In this document: piece after piece, positions 61,001 to 64,000 of the stretch
Layout of the letters: every line of letters begins with the position of its first letter
How positions within the stretch are numbered: the stretch's first letter is position 1
Assembly: GCA_037447605.1 (NCBI GenBank)
Contig: CM074812.1
Coordinates: 2,418,001 to 2,482,000 of the forward strand
DNA length: 64,000 bases
Direction: 5' to 3'
Origin: Zygnema circumcarinatum SAG 698-1b
Taxonomy: Eukaryota > Plantae > Zygnematophyceae
Translations under genes and position numbers: made by a program
Notes under the pieces: model-generated
The model's input: only the letters and a program-made list of their open reading frames with translations
Told to the model about the DNA's origin: nothing
The model's database searches: none

Positions 61001-62184
61001 GGCGCCCTCCCGAGCGTGCAGCCGTTCCATGCGCTCGCGTACCCGCTCGACCCTCTGCTCGCGCTCGCGATCAGGTCCGTCCGTACATTCCGTACAGGCC
61101 GTACAGGCCGGGCACAATGTTGTGTTGGGGCATGAAAGAGCATGTTTTTGGGGTTTGGATGAAGGTGATCCTAGAGGAAGGAAGCTCGTCAGGTTTAAAT
61201 CTTTCTTTTTTTTTTTTTTTTTTGGCTTTCTTTGGAGATGTAGTTTGCGGCAACAAACTCGCAGTTTTGCGTCCTCTCTAAACTGTGCTCTTCTTTGGAT
61301 GTGACGTGACACAGTGTGAACAGTGGCGCGATGTATTATGATGGGAGATGATGTGATATGAATGTGACATGAATGTGACATGACGTGACGTGACAAGTTA
61401 TGACGTGACGTGACGTGGAATGATGTGATGAGTTTATAGGGTTTTAGGGTTTTAAGCGTTACGTGACATGACGTGTCATGACGTGACATGATGTGACGTG
61501 ACGTGCTGCAGTCAGAGATACGCGGAGAGTGCGAAGGCGGCGGCGGCGAAATATCGACGGCCTCTGTTTGCGCATCCAGCGGCGGTGCCCGTCAAGGCGA
61601 CACGTGGCAGCGGCCGATTGGTCGTCGGGTAGGTCAACCCTAAAATCGGAATGCCCGAAACCTTTTGAAGGGTTCAGAGGCAGAGTACCCATCTGCTCAT
61701 CTGCTCTCCATTCCTCTCGTCCTGCTCTCTTTCGTTTCCCTCTCTCTCCCCCTCTCTCTCTCTTGCTTTCTCTCTCTCTCTCTCGCTTTCTCTCTCTTTC
61801 TCTCTCTATGCCTCTCTCTCTTTCTCCCTGCTCTCATGCTACCGCTTCCAATGCCCTAATCGCTCCCATCTACCTCTCTCTATTCTTAGGGTTCCCAACA
61901 CTCCTTCCTCCGCCGCCCCCCTCCCCCCCCCTCTCCCTTTGTTTTTTCCCTCACATGTTCGGACATTTCTTAGCCTTCCGTTGTTAGAGACCCTAGAACA
62001 TTCTTCCACGCCTTAACATCATTCTCAAAGTGATGTTGTGATCCCCAACATCACTTTGATCCCCAACATCACTTTCATCCCCAACATCACTTTGATCCCC
62101 AACATCACTTTCATCCCCAACATCACTTTGATCCCCAACATCACTTTCATCCCCAACATCACTTTGATCCCCAACATCTTCTCA

Positions 62185-62215
<31 letters not shown>

Positions 62216-63382
62216 CTCGCTGCAGATATGTGAGCAGCGATTTTGGCAACCACCCTCTCTCCCACCTCATGGGCTCCGTGTTCGCGTTCCATGCGCGCAA
62301 AGATGTCTCCGTTTTCTGTTACGCGTTGAGCGCAAACGACAAAACCAAATGGCGCAAACGGATTTCCAACGGAACGGAAAATTTTGTGGATGTAGCGGAG
62401 ATGTCGGTGGACAAAATTGCGGAAAGAATTGCAGAGGATGGAATTCAGATTCTCGTCAATTTGAACGGGTACACAAAGGTAGGTGGTTTAGGATCGTTCT
62501 CCCTCCTCTCTCTCTCTCTCCATCTCTCTCTCTCTCTCTCCCTCCCTATTCTCGGGCTTGGTCTCTCTCTCGCTTTTCTCCTCTCTTTCTCGTCCTCTCT
62601 CCGCTCGTCAGCAAACTCTTCTCTCTAAACCTCTCCTCCGCCCCCCTCTCTCTCCCTCTCTTTCTCTCAATCTCTCTCTCACTCTCTTCCTCCTTTTCTG
62701 CCGCTCCGCACTCTCCTCTCTCTCGAACTCTCTTCTCCCCTTCTCCCTTTTCCTCTCCCCCACATTCTCTCCTCTCGCTCTCTCTCGCTCCATTTCTCTC
62801 TCTCCGCCCCTCCACACACTCCTCTCTCTCTCTTCCTCTCCCCCCCCTCACCCCCTCTCTCCCTCTCCCCCCCTCTCTCCCCCCTCTCTTTCTCTTTCCC
62901 CCTCTCCCCCCCATCTCTCCCCCCCTCTCCCCCCCCTCACCCCCCCTCTCTCTCTCCCCACCTCTTCCCCCGATCTCGCTCTCTCTCTCCCNNNNNNNNN
63001 NTCTCCCCCCCCACTCCCTCTCCCTCTCCCCCCCCTCACCCCCCCCCTCTCTCTCTCTCCCCTTCTTCCCGCCCTCTCTCTCTCCCTCTCGCCCCCCTCT
63101 CTCTCTCCTCTCTCTCTCTCTCTCACAGGGTGCCCGCAACGAAATTTTCGCCCTCCGCCCTGCTCCTATCCAAGTGTCGTACATGGGCTTTCCGGGCACA
63201 ATGGGAGCTGACTTTATCGACTATTTAGTCACGGATCAGGTAGGGATATATTTTCTTCTATTATTTTCACAGTTTTTCCAGTGCCTTTTACGGCTCGAAA
63301 TTTCTGAGTTTTAGGGTTGCAAGTAGCCCAAAAGAATTCATAAAATTGTAAAAAATGTCATCATAAAATCTCATAATATATA

Positions 63383-63415
<33 letters not shown>

Positions 63416-63502
63416 ATTGTCTCTCCCTCCTCTCTCGCACACCTCTACTCGGAAAAACTTGTATATCTCCCGCACTGCTACTTCGTGAATGATTACAAAC
63501 AG
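52030..63502 (+). CDS. SEC: O-GlcNAc transferase, SECRET AGENT type; 3' end beyond the window. Exons 52030-52651, 53151-53293, 53535-53633, 53971-54021, 54296-54412, 55587-55643, 56248-56367, 56971-57033, [exon(s) missing near the gap at 57907-58005], 58137-58190, 58930-59100, 59658-59863, 60059-60227, 60998-61074, 61512-61628, 62226-62478, 63129-63239, 63416-63502
   Basis: TPR exons ([65 protein letters not shown]) are followed by catalytic motifs [61 protein letters not shown] and [10 protein letters not shown]. These are characteristic of SEC/OGT rather than SPY. Junctions are phase-consistent. Confidence 0.97.
57204..57414. mobile_element. ~200-bp MITE in a SEC intron
   Basis: TIRs tattagggggagtcagacattga / tcaatgtctgacccccctaata with TA-type flanks; second partial copy at 40385-40521. 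Confidence 0.8.
59105..59600. repeat. Intronic telomere-type array: G-rich 21-bp higher-order units, then a switch to C-rich degenerate repeats
   Basis: (ggttagggtttggggtttaag)n to ~59290, more degenerate G-rich repeats to ~59430, then aaaccc-type repeats. Confidence 0.88.
59870..60470 (+). repeat. C-rich telomere-like arrays in the two introns flanking SEC exon 60059-60227
   Basis: Blocks of AAACCCT, ACACCCT and TCAACCC variants. Confidence 0.85.
62035..62180. repeat. 18-bp minisatellite (ATCCCCAACATCACTTT[G/C]) with alternating G/C, i.e. a 36-bp higher-order repeat, in a SEC intron
   Basis: Units at 62041, 62059, 62077, 62095, 62113, 62131, 62149 and a partial at 62167. Confidence 0.92.
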
Positions 63503-63539
63503 GTGGGATTACCACTCCCTCTACCTCTTTGTCTCTCTC

Positions 63540-64000
63540 CCTACCACTCCTACCCTCTCTCTCAGTCCCCAACTCCCACTCTGTCTCTTCTCCCTCCGCC
63601 CTCACCTCTGCTCTCACTCCCTCGCCCTCTCCCTTCCTTCTCCCTTCCCTCCCTCTCCCCTCCCTCACTCCCTTCTCTCCCACTCCCTCTACCTCTCTGT
63701 TTCTCGCCCTCCCACTCCTACCGTCTCTCTCACTCCCCAACTCCCACTGTCTCTTCTCCCTCCGCCCTCACCTCTGCTCTCACTCCCTCGCCCTCTCCCT
63801 TCCTTCTCCCTTCCCTCCCTCTCCCCTCCCTCACTCCCTTCTCTCCCACTCCCTCTACCTCTCTGTTTCTCGCCCTCCCACTCTTACCCTCTCTCTCACT
63901 CCCCAACTCCCACTCTGTCTCTTCTCCCTCCGTCCTCTCCTCTGCTCTCACTCCCTCGCCCTCTCCCTTCCTTCTCCCTTCCCTTCCTCTCCCCTCCCTC
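63540..64000. repeat. ~165-bp CT-rich tandem repeat in a SEC intron
   Basis: ccccaactcccact...ctccctccg(c/t)cctc recurs at ~63567, ~63735 and ~63901. Confidence 0.75.

Noticed and set aside
41829-62180. Regular repeats (129, 66, 18 and ~145 bp) considered as CRISPR-like arrays
   Set aside because: They are contiguous tandem units without unique spacers, there are no cas genes, and the context is eukaryotic.

Overview
Eukaryotic, intron-rich genomic DNA. The gene content, TTTAGGG-type repeats and divergence from land-plant proteins suggest a streptophyte green alga or relative (inference). The draft has many 10-N scaffold gaps and one ~100-N gap. Most long ORFs in the supplied track are artefacts of GA/CT low-complexity DNA, so real genes were rebuilt from short exons by hand, checking GT-AG sites and reading phase. 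Six genes were found: (1) the 3' part of a membrane protein with a C-terminal J-domain (+, <1-1909); (2) Rab GDP-dissociation inhibitor (-, 3387-15495; one exon lost in a gap, two exons duplicated); (3) a SUB1/At4g12700-like O-fucosyltransferase-fold protein (+, 17917-22637); (4) an R2R3-MYB resembling the MYB98/MYB119/FGMYB clade, with a long Q/N/G-rich tail (-, 28088 to ~33197); (5) an F-box Tubby-like protein whose terminal Tubby exons I could not find (-, 41519-46354); (6) a SECRET AGENT-type O-GlcNAc transferase (+, 52030 to >64000). Intergenic DNA holds MULE-like foldback elements, MITEs, a decayed REL-endonuclease (CRE-like) non-LTR retrotransposon with short derivatives, and a possible SINE. 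The most striking features are architectural. Introns are built from degenerate telomere repeats, TGAC-containing satellites and polypurine/polypyrimidine tracts. The first SEC exon is a G-box/ABRE array that also encodes a GHVA repeat. An 11-mer matching the ID1/IDD binding consensus recurs in intergenic DNA. I found no clearly new multi-gene system; the findings are hypotheses to test.
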